From contig CAYZYU010000002.1 in the NCBI GenBank assembly GCA_964482915.1, forward strand, positions 3,339-67,338: a DNA stretch of 64,000 nt. Direction: 5' to 3'. The stretch is from Candidatus Woesearchaeota archaeon (GTDB taxonomy: Archaea; Nanobdellota; Nanobdellia; Pacearchaeales; GW2011-AR1). The translations under genes and the position numbers were made by a program. Positions within the stretch are counted from its first letter, which is position 1; each line of letters begins with the position of its first letter. Under the pieces are notes generated by a model, which worked only from the letters and a program-made list of their open reading frames with translations, had not been told where the DNA came from and did no database searches. Of this stretch, positions 16,197 through 26,728 are shown one piece after another.

Positions 16197-17066
16197 ATGA
16201 AAATAGGGATAATTGGAATGGGTTTTGTAGGGGGAACAACCGCAGAGGTATTTTCTTCTTTCCATGATATTTTTCCTTATGATAAATATAAAGAACCCTA
16301 TTGTTCAAAAGAGAAGATAGAAGAATTAGCTAAACATTCAGAAGTAGTTTTTCTTTGTGTCCCAACTCCTATGAAAATTAGTGGGGAAATGGATTATTCT
16401 GCAATTTATAATTCCTTAGACCTTTTATCAGATGAAGCGAAAAATCAAGGAAGAAATCTTCAGGAAATTACAGTTGTTGTACGTTCAACAGCAGTATCAG
16501 GGACAACAGATAAACTCTCTGAGGTTTATCCTTTCAATTTTACATTCAATCCAGAATTTCTGAGGCAAAAGCACGCTTTAGAGGATATGAAGAATACTAA
16601 TAGGATTGTTATTGGCGCAAATAATCTAAAGGATTATTTAAGGGTAGAAGAGGTTTACAAACCTATTTTTCCATATGCAAAATATTTTCATTGCAGTGTA
16701 AAAGAAGCAGAGATGGTTAAATATACCGCAAATGTACTACTTACTATGCAGATAGCCTCAGCTAATGAGATATATCAGATTTGTCAGGTGACAGGAATAG
16801 ATTATAATAAAATAAAAGATATAATTTTATTAGACGAAAGAATAGGGAGAAATATAGATGTTCCAGGTAACGACGGAGATTTAGGTTTTGGTGGAAAATG
16901 CTTTCCAAAAGATTTACGTGCTTTAACTTATTTAGCAAGAGAAAACGGATATAATGCTTATTTGCTTGAAGAAGCCTGGAGATTAAACGAGAGAGTTAGG
17001 AAAAATAAGGATTGGATAAAAATACCGGGAGCAACTTCAGAGAATAAAGATTTTTCAAATAATTAA
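16197..17066 (+). CDS. UDP-glucose/GDP-mannose dehydrogenase family (short form)
   Basis: GMGFVG, CVPTP, NPEFLR, GFGGKCFPKD. Confidence 0.88.
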   Translation: MKIGIIGMGFVGGTTAEVFSSFHDIFPYDKYKEPYCSKEKIEELAKHSEVVFLCVPTPMKISGEMDYSAIYNSLDLLSDEAKNQGRNLQEITVVVRSTAVSGTTDKLSEVYPFNFTFNPEFLRQKHALEDMKNTNRIVIGANNLKDYLRVEEVYKPIFPYAKYFHCSVKEAEMVKYTANVLLTMQIASANEIYQICQVTGIDYNKIKDIILLDERIGRNIDVPGNDGDLGFGGKCFPKDLRALTYLARENGYNAYLLEEAWRLNERVRKNKDWIKIPGATSENKDFSNN

Positions 17067-17077
17067 TTTTTATTATT

Positions 17078-17632
17078 TTATTTTTTACTTGATTGTAAAT
17101 CACCAAATGCAATATTTAATGCTTTTTCTGTGTATTTTTGAATATACCAATGAAGCCCGTCTTTTATATTTGAGAATAATTCCCAATCTACTATTAAGGG
17201 ATCTTCATGGTTTATATCTAATTTTAATTCTCCCTTTCCTATAGCAAAAAAAGGAGTAGCACTATCATGAACCCCTTTTCCATGTCCAAATGCATCTTCA
17301 CTCCAAAAAAGATCTTCCGGTTCTCCACTAAGACAAGTTAAATCATAAATATCAAGATTGCATTCTTTCTTTATTCGATTAGCTAAAGATTCTCTTAAAA
17401 GGTATCCTCTCCTCTGGCCCCCTCCAAGGCACCATCTTAGGCCTTTTGCAGGTTCCTGCATTCTTTTTATTAATAAAATCCCTTTTTTATTTTCATATTC
17501 TACTAAAGCAAATAGATCATGGCATGGGCGTGGAATAGAAGTAACATCGGCTATATACTTTTCATCCTTGATATCCTCTGGCCTTATTTTCATCACCAAT
17601 TCTGGAGAATATCTTATTTGAGCCGTTTCCAT
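17078..17632 (-). CDS. NUDIX hydrolase, GDP-mannose mannosyl hydrolase-like
   Basis: RMQEPAKGLRWCLGG...KECNL variant Nudix box. Confidence 0.7.
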   Translation of the reverse strand: METAQIRYSPELVMKIRPEDIKDEKYIADVTSIPRPCHDLFALVEYENKKGILLIKRMQEPAKGLRWCLGGGQRRGYLLRESLANRIKKECNLDIYDLTCLSGEPEDLFWSEDAFGHGKGVHDSATPFFAIGKGELKLDINHEDPLIVDWELFSNIKDGLHWYIQKYTEKALNIAFGDLQSSKK

Positions 17633-17722
17633 GAATCTGTTGATTTTTTTCCTGTTTATAAAAATAGTAGATATTTCAATATACTCTTTGAAGAATATGT
17701 CTCTCTTTCTATTATTATCTAT

Positions 17723-18331
17723 TTATATGACAATTCCTAGATTATTCAACCACCTAACTAAATCTTCTTTGTTCTTAAATAAATGCGTTTTAATACCAAT
17801 CTTCTCTGCAGGATAGAGATTTTCTATTCTATTATCTATGAAAATGACTTCATCTGAATTCATATTCAACTTTTTTAGTAGGATTTCATATATTTTTGAA
17901 TCTGGTTTTGCAGCCCCAACATCACAAGAAGAGATTATTATCTTAAAATAATCCTTTAATTTGAATTTCTTTATCCTGTATTCATTCCATTCTTTAACTT
18001 CGTTATTTAAGATACCTAAGATATACTTTTTGTTTAGCTTTTGTATAAGATTAAGCATATCTTGATTAATTTCATTGCCTTCCCTAAATAACTTCTTTAA
18101 ATATGTGATAGAAATCCTATTTTGGGATAATTTTATTATTTCTTCTAAGAACTCCTCTTCAGACATCTTACCAGAGACTAAATATTCCTTATTTTTGAAC
18201 CATAATTCATGGAATTTATCCAGATCTAGATCAATTTTCTTTGCTATTTTCTCTCTTCCTTCATATGACCCTCCATCTGAAGAGAAGATAACCCCTCCAA
18301 GGTCAAAGATTATAGCTTTTATACTTTCCAT
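17723..18331 (-). CDS. HAD-family phosphatase
   Basis: IFDLGGV, AKPD, FIDN. Confidence 0.88.
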   Translation of the reverse strand: MESIKAIIFDLGGVIFSSDGGSYEGREKIAKKIDLDLDKFHELWFKNKEYLVSGKMSEEEFLEEIIKLSQNRISITYLKKLFREGNEINQDMLNLIQKLNKKYILGILNNEVKEWNEYRIKKFKLKDYFKIIISSCDVGAAKPDSKIYEILLKKLNMNSDEVIFIDNRIENLYPAEKIGIKTHLFKNKEDLVRWLNNLGIVI

Positions 18332-18888
18332 AAATTAAACAATCCTAGTTCTTTTATAACTTTTTCTGGAGGATCTGAAAAGTTAAAATTATACTCTTCG
18401 AAAGTTTGTTTATAATAAGAATATAATCCTCTTAATATAAAATCAAATTTCTTTCTTTGGTAAGGATCAGTCGTTCTCATATTATTATCTTCCACATCTC
18501 TATTTAAATCAAGAGGTAAGAATATTATTTTATCATAAAGATTCTTTCCTTTTTCCATACAATTTAAAATTAATTCGTGATTTTCTTTTTCCGAACTTTT
18601 ATAGAATCTTGCAAACCACCTTGCTCCAAAATCAAATACAGTCTTATCCACAACATAATTTTCTTTTTCAATATCTGATTTTATCTTATCCCTAATTGTC
18701 CTCATATGCCAATCAATCATCCCTTCTTCCCCTCTTTTTTCAAATAATTCACTTCCGCTTTGATATCCCATTTCAGTTAAAGTAACATCATTAATATCTG
18801 GGATATATTTTAGTGAAGTGTGTTTCTCTATAAGTTTACCTAGAGTTGTTTTTCCAGTTCCAGCAACACCAGTAATTGCTATTTTCAT
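18319..18888 (-). CDS. P-loop nucleotide kinase-like ATPase
   Basis: ITGVAGTGKTT Walker A. Confidence 0.75.
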   Translation of the reverse strand: MKIAITGVAGTGKTTLGKLIEKHTSLKYIPDINDVTLTEMGYQSGSELFEKRGEEGMIDWHMRTIRDKIKSDIEKENYVVDKTVFDFGARWFARFYKSSEKENHELILNCMEKGKNLYDKIIFLPLDLNRDVEDNNMRTTDPYQRKKFDFILRGLYSYYKQTFEEYNFNFSDPPEKVIKELGLFNLWKV

Positions 18889-18895
18889 TTTATAA

Positions 18896-20071
18896 TCAGA
18901 TCCCGTTTTTATCTAGTCTTGATCTATCAGATTCTTGTAATCCATGTTTAGACAAATTATTAAAATCACTTTCAACCATCATTTTAACAAGTTCTTTAAA
19001 ATGGGTTTTTGGTTTCCATCCTAGCTCTTTTTTTGCTTTGGAAGGATTAGCAAGAAGATAATCCACTTCTGCAGGTCTATAAAATTTTGGGCTTACTTTT
19101 ACAACAACTTTCCCATTGCATTTCCCAACCTCCTCCACTCCTTTGCCTTCCCATTTTATTGACATTCCTACTACTTTGAATGATTCTTCTATAAATTCCC
19201 TTACAGAATGTGTTTCTCCAGTGCCTATCACATAGTTATCTGGCTTGTCTTTTTGCATCATTAACCACATTGCTTCAACATAATCTCCTGCATATCCCCA
19301 ATCTCTTTTAGCATCCAAATTTCCTATTTCAAAAAATTCTTGATATCCTAATTTTATCTTAGCAATAGAATGAGTTATTTTTCTTGTTACAAATTGCTTT
19401 CCTCTTTTAGGACTTTCATGATTAAAGAGTATGCCGTTACATGCAAATATTCCATAACTTTCTCTATAATTTTGTGTTATGAAATAACCAAATGCTTTAG
19501 ATGCAGCATAAGGGCTTCTTGGGTGAAAAGGCGTTTTTTCTGTTTGTGGAATCTCTTGAACTTTACCAAACATTTCAGATGTTGAAGCTTGATAGAATTT
19601 GGTTCTAGGATTTAAAATTCTTATAGATTCAAGTATATTTATTACTCCAAGGGCATTTATCTTTACTGTAGATATTGGTTGAGTCCATGAATCAGGAACA
19701 AAGGACTGAGCTGCAAGGTTGTATATCTCATCAGGTTGTATTTCATTTATTATTCTTATTATTGAGCCAAAATCAGTAACATCCCCTTCAACAAGATTTA
19801 TTTCTTTTCTTAGATTTCCTATTCTCTCAAAAACATCCATGCTTGTTCTTCTGTGTAATCCATAAACTTCATATCCTCTATTAATCAATAATTCTGCAAG
19901 ATAAGACCCGTCTTGACCAGTTATACCTGTTATTAGTGCTCTTTTTTTACCAGAGATGCTTTTTTTCTCCCTCGCCTTTAAAGAATTCACCTCTCCTCTT
20001 AAGAGAGTTATATCATTTTTTATCTTTGAAAAAGCTTCTTTTAAAATATCATTTTCATTTTCAAATCCCAT
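18896..20071 (-). CDS. gmd: GDP-mannose 4,6-dehydratase with N-terminal coiled-coil extension
   Basis: ALITGITGQDGSYLAE, PRSPYAASK, NHESP, RPAEVD. Confidence 0.95.
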   Translation of the reverse strand: MGFENENDILKEAFSKIKNDITLLRGEVNSLKAREKKSISGKKRALITGITGQDGSYLAELLINRGYEVYGLHRRTSMDVFERIGNLRKEINLVEGDVTDFGSIIRIINEIQPDEIYNLAAQSFVPDSWTQPISTVKINALGVINILESIRILNPRTKFYQASTSEMFGKVQEIPQTEKTPFHPRSPYAASKAFGYFITQNYRESYGIFACNGILFNHESPKRGKQFVTRKITHSIAKIKLGYQEFFEIGNLDAKRDWGYAGDYVEAMWLMMQKDKPDNYVIGTGETHSVREFIEESFKVVGMSIKWEGKGVEEVGKCNGKVVVKVSPKFYRPAEVDYLLANPSKAKKELGWKPKTHFKELVKMMVESDFNNLSKHGLQESDRSRLDKNGI

Positions 20072-20175
20072 GAAATTCTTAAAAAATTGTTATTTAAAAG
20101 GATATATGGTTTCTAAAATATCTTATTTTTTGTCTCCTTAAACAGTTTTAAAAATGATTGTTATCTAATTCTATA

Positions 20176-21684
20176 ATGAGAGGAAACTCAAAAAATCAAA
20201 ACCTATCCAAAGTAGCTATAAGAGGTTCAGCTTATAATCTATTATCTTTATTAGTTTCAAAACTTGGAGGGTTAATTTTCACAATTATAATTGCAAGAGT
20301 ACTTCTCCCAGAATTATTTGGAGTATATTCATTAGTCTTATCAATAGCAACAATTTTCTTAACTCTTACAGATTTGGGAATAGATAATACTTTCTTAAGA
20401 TACCTCTCTGATTCTATTGGTAAAAAGAATAAGAAGCTTTCAAGAGGAAACTTCAAATATATATTTAAAATAAAAGCAATGCTAATTCTAATTTCAGTTA
20501 TTGTTTTATTATTGGTATCTAAATATTTATCTTATTCAATTTATGAAAATCCTCTTTTATTCTATCCCTTACTTTTCTCTTGTTTATGGATTATTTTTGA
20601 TTCATTAAGAGTATTCTTTTGGAATGTATTTATTGCAGCAAAAGATTTCAGGCCCCCTGTATTTTTTGATATATCTTCTCAGATAATAAAAATCTTATTT
20701 TCTATATTTGCAATATTAGTATTTACAGATTCTATGAAAATATCTGGATTATTTATAGCATTTTTTGTCTCAAGTTTTTTTACTTTGACATTAATATCTT
20801 TTGTTTTACTAAAGAAACACAAATCTTTCTTATTTGGTAGGAAAGAGAAGGTAGACAAGTCAAAGATAACTTCTTACTGGAAGTTTATGGTTTTTGCTAC
20901 TATTTCATTAGTGTTTTTTGGTTCTGTAGATACTCTTATGCTTGGCAAGTTTGTTTCTCTGGAGTATCTGGGATATTATAGAGCCGCTATGAGCCTTGTT
21001 CTTACCTTGGCTTCAATCTTTTCTTTATCATGGGCTTTCTTCCCAATATTTACACAAATAAAAGGAGACAGATTTCACAGAGGATTTAATAGAGTCTTAA
21101 AATATATACTCATATTTTCAATACCTGCAACTGCTGCAATAATCTTTATTGGTAAGTATTTAATTAAGGTAATTTACGGCAACGAGTATCTTCTTGGAGC
21201 AACTTCAATGTATTGTTTATCTCTTTTAATAATTACTACTCCTTTAATAGGGTTATATTCTATAATTTTCCAGTCAAAAGAAAAACCAGAAATAGTTAGT
21301 AAATCTGTTGTTTTCTCTTTAATTTTAAATATCTTCTTAAACGCATTAGCTATATTTTTATTTAGAGAAAATTCTATGCTAACAATTCTAGGAGTAAGTT
21401 TAGCAACATCTATTAGTAGGATATTTTTATTGGGGTTACTTATTCTTTATGCAAAGAAAGAATTTAATTTTAGAGTTAAAGGAGTAGGTTCAAGAGCCCC
21501 AATTTTTGCAACAATAATAATGTCTGCTTTTTTATTATCCTTTAATTATCTTACAGATATGAATCTATTTTTAGGATTGTTAGAAGTGACCTTAGGGGTA
21601 TTTATTTATTTTATATTCTTGATACTGATAAAAGGGTTAAACAAAGAAGATCTAGAATTAGTAAAAGGATTATTTAAAAGATAA
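20176..21684 (+). CDS. Oligosaccharide flippase (Wzx/AglR-like, MOP family)
   Basis: About 14 TM; ARVLLPELFGVY and DTLMLG motifs. Confidence 0.88.
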   Translation: MRGNSKNQNLSKVAIRGSAYNLLSLLVSKLGGLIFTIIIARVLLPELFGVYSLVLSIATIFLTLTDLGIDNTFLRYLSDSIGKKNKKLSRGNFKYIFKIKAMLILISVIVLLLVSKYLSYSIYENPLLFYPLLFSCLWIIFDSLRVFFWNVFIAAKDFRPPVFFDISSQIIKILFSIFAILVFTDSMKISGLFIAFFVSSFFTLTLISFVLLKKHKSFLFGRKEKVDKSKITSYWKFMVFATISLVFFGSVDTLMLGKFVSLEYLGYYRAAMSLVLTLASIFSLSWAFFPIFTQIKGDRFHRGFNRVLKYILIFSIPATAAIIFIGKYLIKVIYGNEYLLGATSMYCLSLLIITTPLIGLYSIIFQSKEKPEIVSKSVVFSLILNIFLNALAIFLFRENSMLTILGVSLATSISRIFLLGLLILYAKKEFNFRVKGVGSRAPIFATIIMSAFLLSFNYLTDMNLFLGLLEVTLGVFIYFIFLILIKGLNKEDLELVKGLFKR

Positions 21685-21714
21685 TTTTATAAATCCGACC
21701 TAATATCCATATTG

Positions 21715-22593
21715 ATGAAAATTTATGACTGTTTTACATTCTATAACGAGCTTGATTTATTAGAGTTAAGGTTGAGCGAGCTGGATAAATTTGTTGATTA
21801 TTTTGTTTTAGTTGAAGCCACAAAAACTCATAGATGGAAAGATAAACCTCTTTTCTTTCAGGATAATAAAAAGCGGTTTAAGAAATGGGAAGATAAGATA
21901 ATTCATGTAATTGTTAAGGATTTACCAAAACCAGGAAGAACATATGGCAATAACTGGAGAATAAATTCACTTCTAAAAGGAGGAGCTTGGAAACCAGAAT
22001 CATTCCAGAGAACCGCAATTGCAAGAGGTTTAACAGATTGTGATGACGAAGATATCTTAATGGTATCTGATTTAGATGAAATACCTAGACCAGAAAAACT
22101 ACCTGAAATGATTAAAGCTTTAACAGTAAAAAATGAAAAGATTGTTTCATTTGATCAAAGTTTTTATAATTTTTTCTTAAATGGATTTACTAGTACAGGA
22201 TGGACTGGTACTAGAGCATGTACTTTTAGAACATTTAGAAAATCATTTAATAAAGATATGAATAGAGTTAGGCATCTTTGGAGTGTTCAACTTCGCCTTC
22301 AAATGCTTCTTGGTAAAAAATTATATATTATTAAAGAAGGGGGATGGCATTTCTCTTTCTTAGGAAATGTAGAGACCATCATAAATAAGATTGCTTCTAT
22401 ATGTCATTCTGAAAAAGACACCCCTGAAAATAAAGATCCTAAAAAGATTTTGGAGAAGATAAACAGTGGACAGTTTTTATATGATAATAAAACAGTAACC
22501 TATGTTCCAATTGACAAATCCTTTCCAAAAACAGTTTATGAGAATCAGAAAAAGTATAAAGAGTATATTATGCCTATAAAACGAAAGTCTTAA
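21715..22593 (+). CDS. Glycosyltransferase family 17 (MGAT3-like)
   Basis: YDCFTFYNELDLLELR, SDLDEIP, GGWHFSF. Confidence 0.88.
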   Translation: MKIYDCFTFYNELDLLELRLSELDKFVDYFVLVEATKTHRWKDKPLFFQDNKKRFKKWEDKIIHVIVKDLPKPGRTYGNNWRINSLLKGGAWKPESFQRTAIARGLTDCDDEDILMVSDLDEIPRPEKLPEMIKALTVKNEKIVSFDQSFYNFFLNGFTSTGWTGTRACTFRTFRKSFNKDMNRVRHLWSVQLRLQMLLGKKLYIIKEGGWHFSFLGNVETIINKIASICHSEKDTPENKDPKKILEKINSGQFLYDNKTVTYVPIDKSFPKTVYENQKKYKEYIMPIKRKS

Positions 22594-23500
22594 TTCTTTT
22601 CCAACTGTTTCTCTCTCTTCTCTTTTGTCCTATTTCCTTAATATTTTTGAAATTTTCTTTATATGCTGCAATAAGCATTTTTATCTTTGTGAAAGGCTTA
22701 TTTGCAAATAAAGCAGAACCTATATGAATAAATGTGTGTCCGATTATATTAAAATAACCATAATTTAACCATTCTAGTCTTATTGCATTTCTTTTTTTTA
22801 TCTGCCAAATCCAATCTTTAACATTTTTTGTAGAAGATCCTCCCTTATGGATCATCTTTGTTTTACCAAAATAGACTATCTTAAATCCTTTCTTTCCTGC
22901 TCTGAAGCAAAAATCACTCTCTTCTCTATATGCTGGATTAAATTTTTCATCAAGTAAACCAATTTCTTCAATTACTTTTCTTTTAATTAATAAACAAGCC
23001 CCGATTACCTCTTTTAATTCATAAATTCCAAAGGTGTCTTTTGTTTCTTCAACTTCATTTCCATCACTTAGAAAATGTATCCTTCCATTCTTGAAAAACC
23101 ATTGGAGATTTCCATTAGGATATATTATTTTACATCCAATAATCCCAACATTTTTATTCTCTTGCCCAAAATTAATCATTTCTCTAAGCCAATTTTTATC
23201 AATAACTTCTGTATCATCGTCGAGGTGTAAGACATAATCCGGATTATATTCTTTCATTGCTTTTTTTATTAATAAGTTGTTAGATGTAGAATATCCCTCA
23301 TTTTTGCTGTTTGCAGATACGTCTACCCAAGGGAATTCTTTTTTTATTCTTTTAGCTATTTCCCCTGTTCCAGAATCATCCATAAAATACATCTTATAGT
23401 TTTTATAATTTGTATTATTCCTTATACCTTTAAGGCATTTCTTTAAACTTTCTTCCTGATTAAGTGTAGAAGTTATTATAGCTATTTTAGGTTCTTGCAT
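22574..23500 (-). CDS. Glycosyltransferase family 2
   Basis: GACLLIKR, GLLDE, EESDFC. Confidence 0.88.
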   Translation of the reverse strand: MQEPKIAIITSTLNQEESLKKCLKGIRNNTNYKNYKMYFMDDSGTGEIAKRIKKEFPWVDVSANSKNEGYSTSNNLLIKKAMKEYNPDYVLHLDDDTEVIDKNWLREMINFGQENKNVGIIGCKIIYPNGNLQWFFKNGRIHFLSDGNEVEETKDTFGIYELKEVIGACLLIKRKVIEEIGLLDEKFNPAYREESDFCFRAGKKGFKIVYFGKTKMIHKGGSSTKNVKDWIWQIKKRNAIRLEWLNYGYFNIIGHTFIHIGSALFANKPFTKIKMLIAAYKENFKNIKEIGQKRRERNSWKRIKTFVL

Positions 23501-23584
23501 ATTATAGTGGAGATAATCTCCTTTAAAATATTTAGTATACTCTAATCAAATAATATTTATAAATGAGCTAATAATTTTTAATTG

Positions 23585-24484
23585 ATGAAGAAGATTTATG
23601 TTGCAGGGTGCGGAGGGATGCTTGGAGAGGCTTTTTATGATAAATTTAAACAAGATTTTCAGTTGAAATGTACAGATATAGATGTTAATGACACTTGGCT
23701 TTCTTTTTTAGATTTTAGAGATTTTGAGAAATACAAAAACGATGTTGTTAATTTTAAACCTGATTTTTTATTTCATTTAGGAGCATACACTGATTTAGAA
23801 TTTTGCGAGAATAATCCGGAGGATACGTATAAAACAAATACCGATTCTGTAAAGAGTGCTGTTAATATTTCTAATTCATTGAAGATTCCATTATTATACA
23901 TCAGCACAGCAGGAATTTTTGATGGGAAAAAAGATTTGTATGATGATGAAGACGTTCCTAATCCTTTAGGTGTTTATGCTAAAGCAAAATACATGGGAGA
24001 GAGATTTATAATAGAAAATTCGGATGATTATCTTATTTGTAGAGCAGGTTGGATGATGGGAGGAGGACCAAAGAAAGATAAAAAATTTATCCAAAAGATA
24101 ATGAAACAACTCAAAGAAGGAAAAAAAGAATTATTTATAGTAAATGATAAGGATGGTACTCCCACTTATACACACGATTTTGCAAATAATGTTAAACTTC
24201 TCCTTGAAAATAAGAAAAGAGGGCTCTACAATATGGTCTGTGGAGGAGAGACAAGCAGATTCGAAGTCGCTCATGAGATAATAAAATGTTTAAACTTAGA
24301 AAAGGATATAAAAATAACTCCTGTTTCTTCAGATTATTTTAAAAAAGAATACTTTGCTGAAAGGCCTCCTTCTGAGAGATTAATTAATAAGAAACTAAAT
24401 TCAGAAGGACTTAATATTATGAGAGATTGGAAAGTAGCATTGAAGGAATATTTAGAAAGGGATTATAAAAATTATCTTAAATAA
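23585..24484 (+). CDS. dTDP-4-dehydrorhamnose reductase (RmlD)-like SDR
   Basis: GCGGMLG, YAKAK, GTPTY. Confidence 0.82.
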   Translation: MKKIYVAGCGGMLGEAFYDKFKQDFQLKCTDIDVNDTWLSFLDFRDFEKYKNDVVNFKPDFLFHLGAYTDLEFCENNPEDTYKTNTDSVKSAVNISNSLKIPLLYISTAGIFDGKKDLYDDEDVPNPLGVYAKAKYMGERFIIENSDDYLICRAGWMMGGGPKKDKKFIQKIMKQLKEGKKELFIVNDKDGTPTYTHDFANNVKLLLENKKRGLYNMVCGGETSRFEVAHEIIKCLNLEKDIKITPVSSDYFKKEYFAERPPSERLINKKLNSEGLNIMRDWKVALKEYLERDYKNYLK

Positions 24485-24490
24485 ATTAAT

Positions 24491-25645
24491 TTATTTTACA
24501 TTTAATGCTTTCTTATAAGCTTCAATAACTTTAAGCCCATAGTTTTTCCAAGGGTATTTTTTAGCAAGTTCTATCCCATTTTTAGCCATTATCTTTATCT
24601 TTTCAGGGTGATTGTATAAATATCTAATCTTTTCTTCAAATGCCTTAGAATCTCCAGCAGGTACAATAAATCCTTCTCTTCCATCTTTAATAGGAGTACC
24701 AGAATTTTCAGTAACTATTTGAGGCAATCCTGCAGCAAGTGCTTCATAAGTAACTAATGCAGAACCTTCGGATAATGTAGGAAAAACAAAAATGTCAGAT
24801 TTTTTATAATATTCTAAAGAATCTGCAGCTCCAACAAATTTTATTGTCTTGTTTTTCTGATACTTTTTTACTAAATCCTTCATCTCTTTCATTATCTCCC
24901 CAACCATAATTAACTCAGCATCTTTTAATCTTAAATTGTCCCAAGCTTCTAGTAAATATGGAGCTCCCTTAGCAATTGAGACTCTTCCTACAAAAACTGC
25001 CCTGAATATTTTGTCATATTTTTCTTTTTTAATCTCTTTAAATTTATCTAGATGAATTCCAAATGGAACTGGAACCAATTTCTCTTTTGGAAAATTATTT
25101 TTTATAAAGGATTCATAAGCAAAACCTTGAGGAACCACAACATAATCTGCATTAAATAATTCTCTTAATTGTATTTGTAGATACTTTTCCGAACATTCGT
25201 TTTGTTTTAATCCAAATTCACTATATGCTTTCTCAAGTATTTCTTTATGAGTTTTTGGATAAACTGAAGCATGTTCTACAAATATTTTTGCTCCAAGTTT
25301 TCTCGCTTTTTTTGAGGACAAATAACCATATTGTCTCCAATAGTGAAATATATCACACTTTTCAATTTTTGTTCTAGCGAGTAAATCATATATATAATCT
25401 ACCCAATAGGGTGAATTAAAATTTTTAAACAGATATTCTTGTATTCCTCTAAGAGGATATCTAAAAACATATTTTGCCCATTTAAATGAAGAAACTTTTT
25501 CCTTCGGTAAATTCCTCTTCTTATTTTCTGAACATATAACTTTCTTTAAAATACCCGCTTTGTATATTTGTTCTACAGCATTATAAGAAGTATTACCTAA
25601 TCCTCCACCACCCAAAGGAACTCCCACTGAATAAATAACTTTCAT
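24491..25645 (-). CDS. Glycosyltransferase family 4
   Basis: FVGR, PTLSEGSALVTYEALAAGLP. Confidence 0.9.
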   Translation of the reverse strand: MKVIYSVGVPLGGGGLGNTSYNAVEQIYKAGILKKVICSENKKRNLPKEKVSSFKWAKYVFRYPLRGIQEYLFKNFNSPYWVDYIYDLLARTKIEKCDIFHYWRQYGYLSSKKARKLGAKIFVEHASVYPKTHKEILEKAYSEFGLKQNECSEKYLQIQLRELFNADYVVVPQGFAYESFIKNNFPKEKLVPVPFGIHLDKFKEIKKEKYDKIFRAVFVGRVSIAKGAPYLLEAWDNLRLKDAELIMVGEIMKEMKDLVKKYQKNKTIKFVGAADSLEYYKKSDIFVFPTLSEGSALVTYEALAAGLPQIVTENSGTPIKDGREGFIVPAGDSKAFEEKIRYLYNHPEKIKIMAKNGIELAKKYPWKNYGLKVIEAYKKALNVK

Positions 25646-26667
25646 TTTTTTACATATGCAAACAATTTTCTTTCTTTTTGTATAATCTTATAGTTTGGAT
25701 TTGCCTTTAATATAATTTTCTTCAAGACTACTGGATCGTCTTTAAGGTGATAAGTGCAAATCGAAAGAAGAGGAGCATCTTTTTTCAATACCTCTTTTGC
25801 TCCTACTAACATATTTCTTTCAAATCCTTCAATATCGGACTTGATGAAGTCTATTTTTATCTTATTTTTTCTTGCCCAATTATCTAATTTAAATATTTTT
25901 ATCTTATTTTTCCCTTTTTTATCAAATTTATTTCCAGCATCATCCCCAGAGTTTTCAAAAGAAAAAACCCCCTCTTTATCTCCTAATCCTGCTGGGATAA
26001 CTGTAATTCTACCATTCATTTCTGCAGTTTTTTTTAACCATTTAACTGAATCTGGAGAAGGTTCAAATGCATAAACATTTGCTCCTTTCTTTGAGGCATA
26101 TGCAGCAAAATCTCCAATCCATGAACCAGCATCAACCACATTCATTTTTGGTTTAATGGTTATATCCCCTCCATATTTGCCAATATAACAATAAGGGTCT
26201 TCTCCTATAGAAGAATCAAGCTTATCAAAATTCTTATAGCTATAATTATCCTTATATTTTAGAAAAATTTTGAATATTTCATCTGGAACAGATCTACTTA
26301 TATCTCTATCTATAATTGGAAGATATACACCTTTGATATTTATTCTATCTCCCTCAACATATTTTTTAAATCTCTTATTATTTGTCTCTATAACTTTTCT
26401 TTCAAAATATCTATATAAAGGATTCCTTTTCTCATGAAAATATTTTGTTTTTTTTAGATTTCCTCCGCTTATTAAGAAGTAAAGTCCATCTAATATATAA
26501 GCAAGAGGCTTTGCAAATTCTGCATATATACTTTTCTCTCTTTGAAATATGCCCTTAAAATTAGGAAAAAAATGTTTTATTATATTGGAATTCCAAGAAA
26601 ATTTTCTTATCTCTAAGTCTGGTTTTACTAATAACTCTTCCCAAGATTCTTTAATAAATTTATCCAT
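25642..26667 (-). CDS. FkbM-family methyltransferase
   Basis: VDAGSWIG, AFEP, KSDIEGFE, ICTYH. Confidence 0.85.
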   Translation of the reverse strand: MDKFIKESWEELLVKPDLEIRKFSWNSNIIKHFFPNFKGIFQREKSIYAEFAKPLAYILDGLYFLISGGNLKKTKYFHEKRNPLYRYFERKVIETNNKRFKKYVEGDRINIKGVYLPIIDRDISRSVPDEIFKIFLKYKDNYSYKNFDKLDSSIGEDPYCYIGKYGGDITIKPKMNVVDAGSWIGDFAAYASKKGANVYAFEPSPDSVKWLKKTAEMNGRITVIPAGLGDKEGVFSFENSGDDAGNKFDKKGKNKIKIFKLDNWARKNKIKIDFIKSDIEGFERNMLVGAKEVLKKDAPLLSICTYHLKDDPVVLKKIILKANPNYKIIQKERKLFAYVKK

Positions 26668-26728
26668 TGTTTATTCCATGGATTTTAAATGTCAGTCGTT
26701 TTTAAGGATTATTCTGATAGGATTCTTA

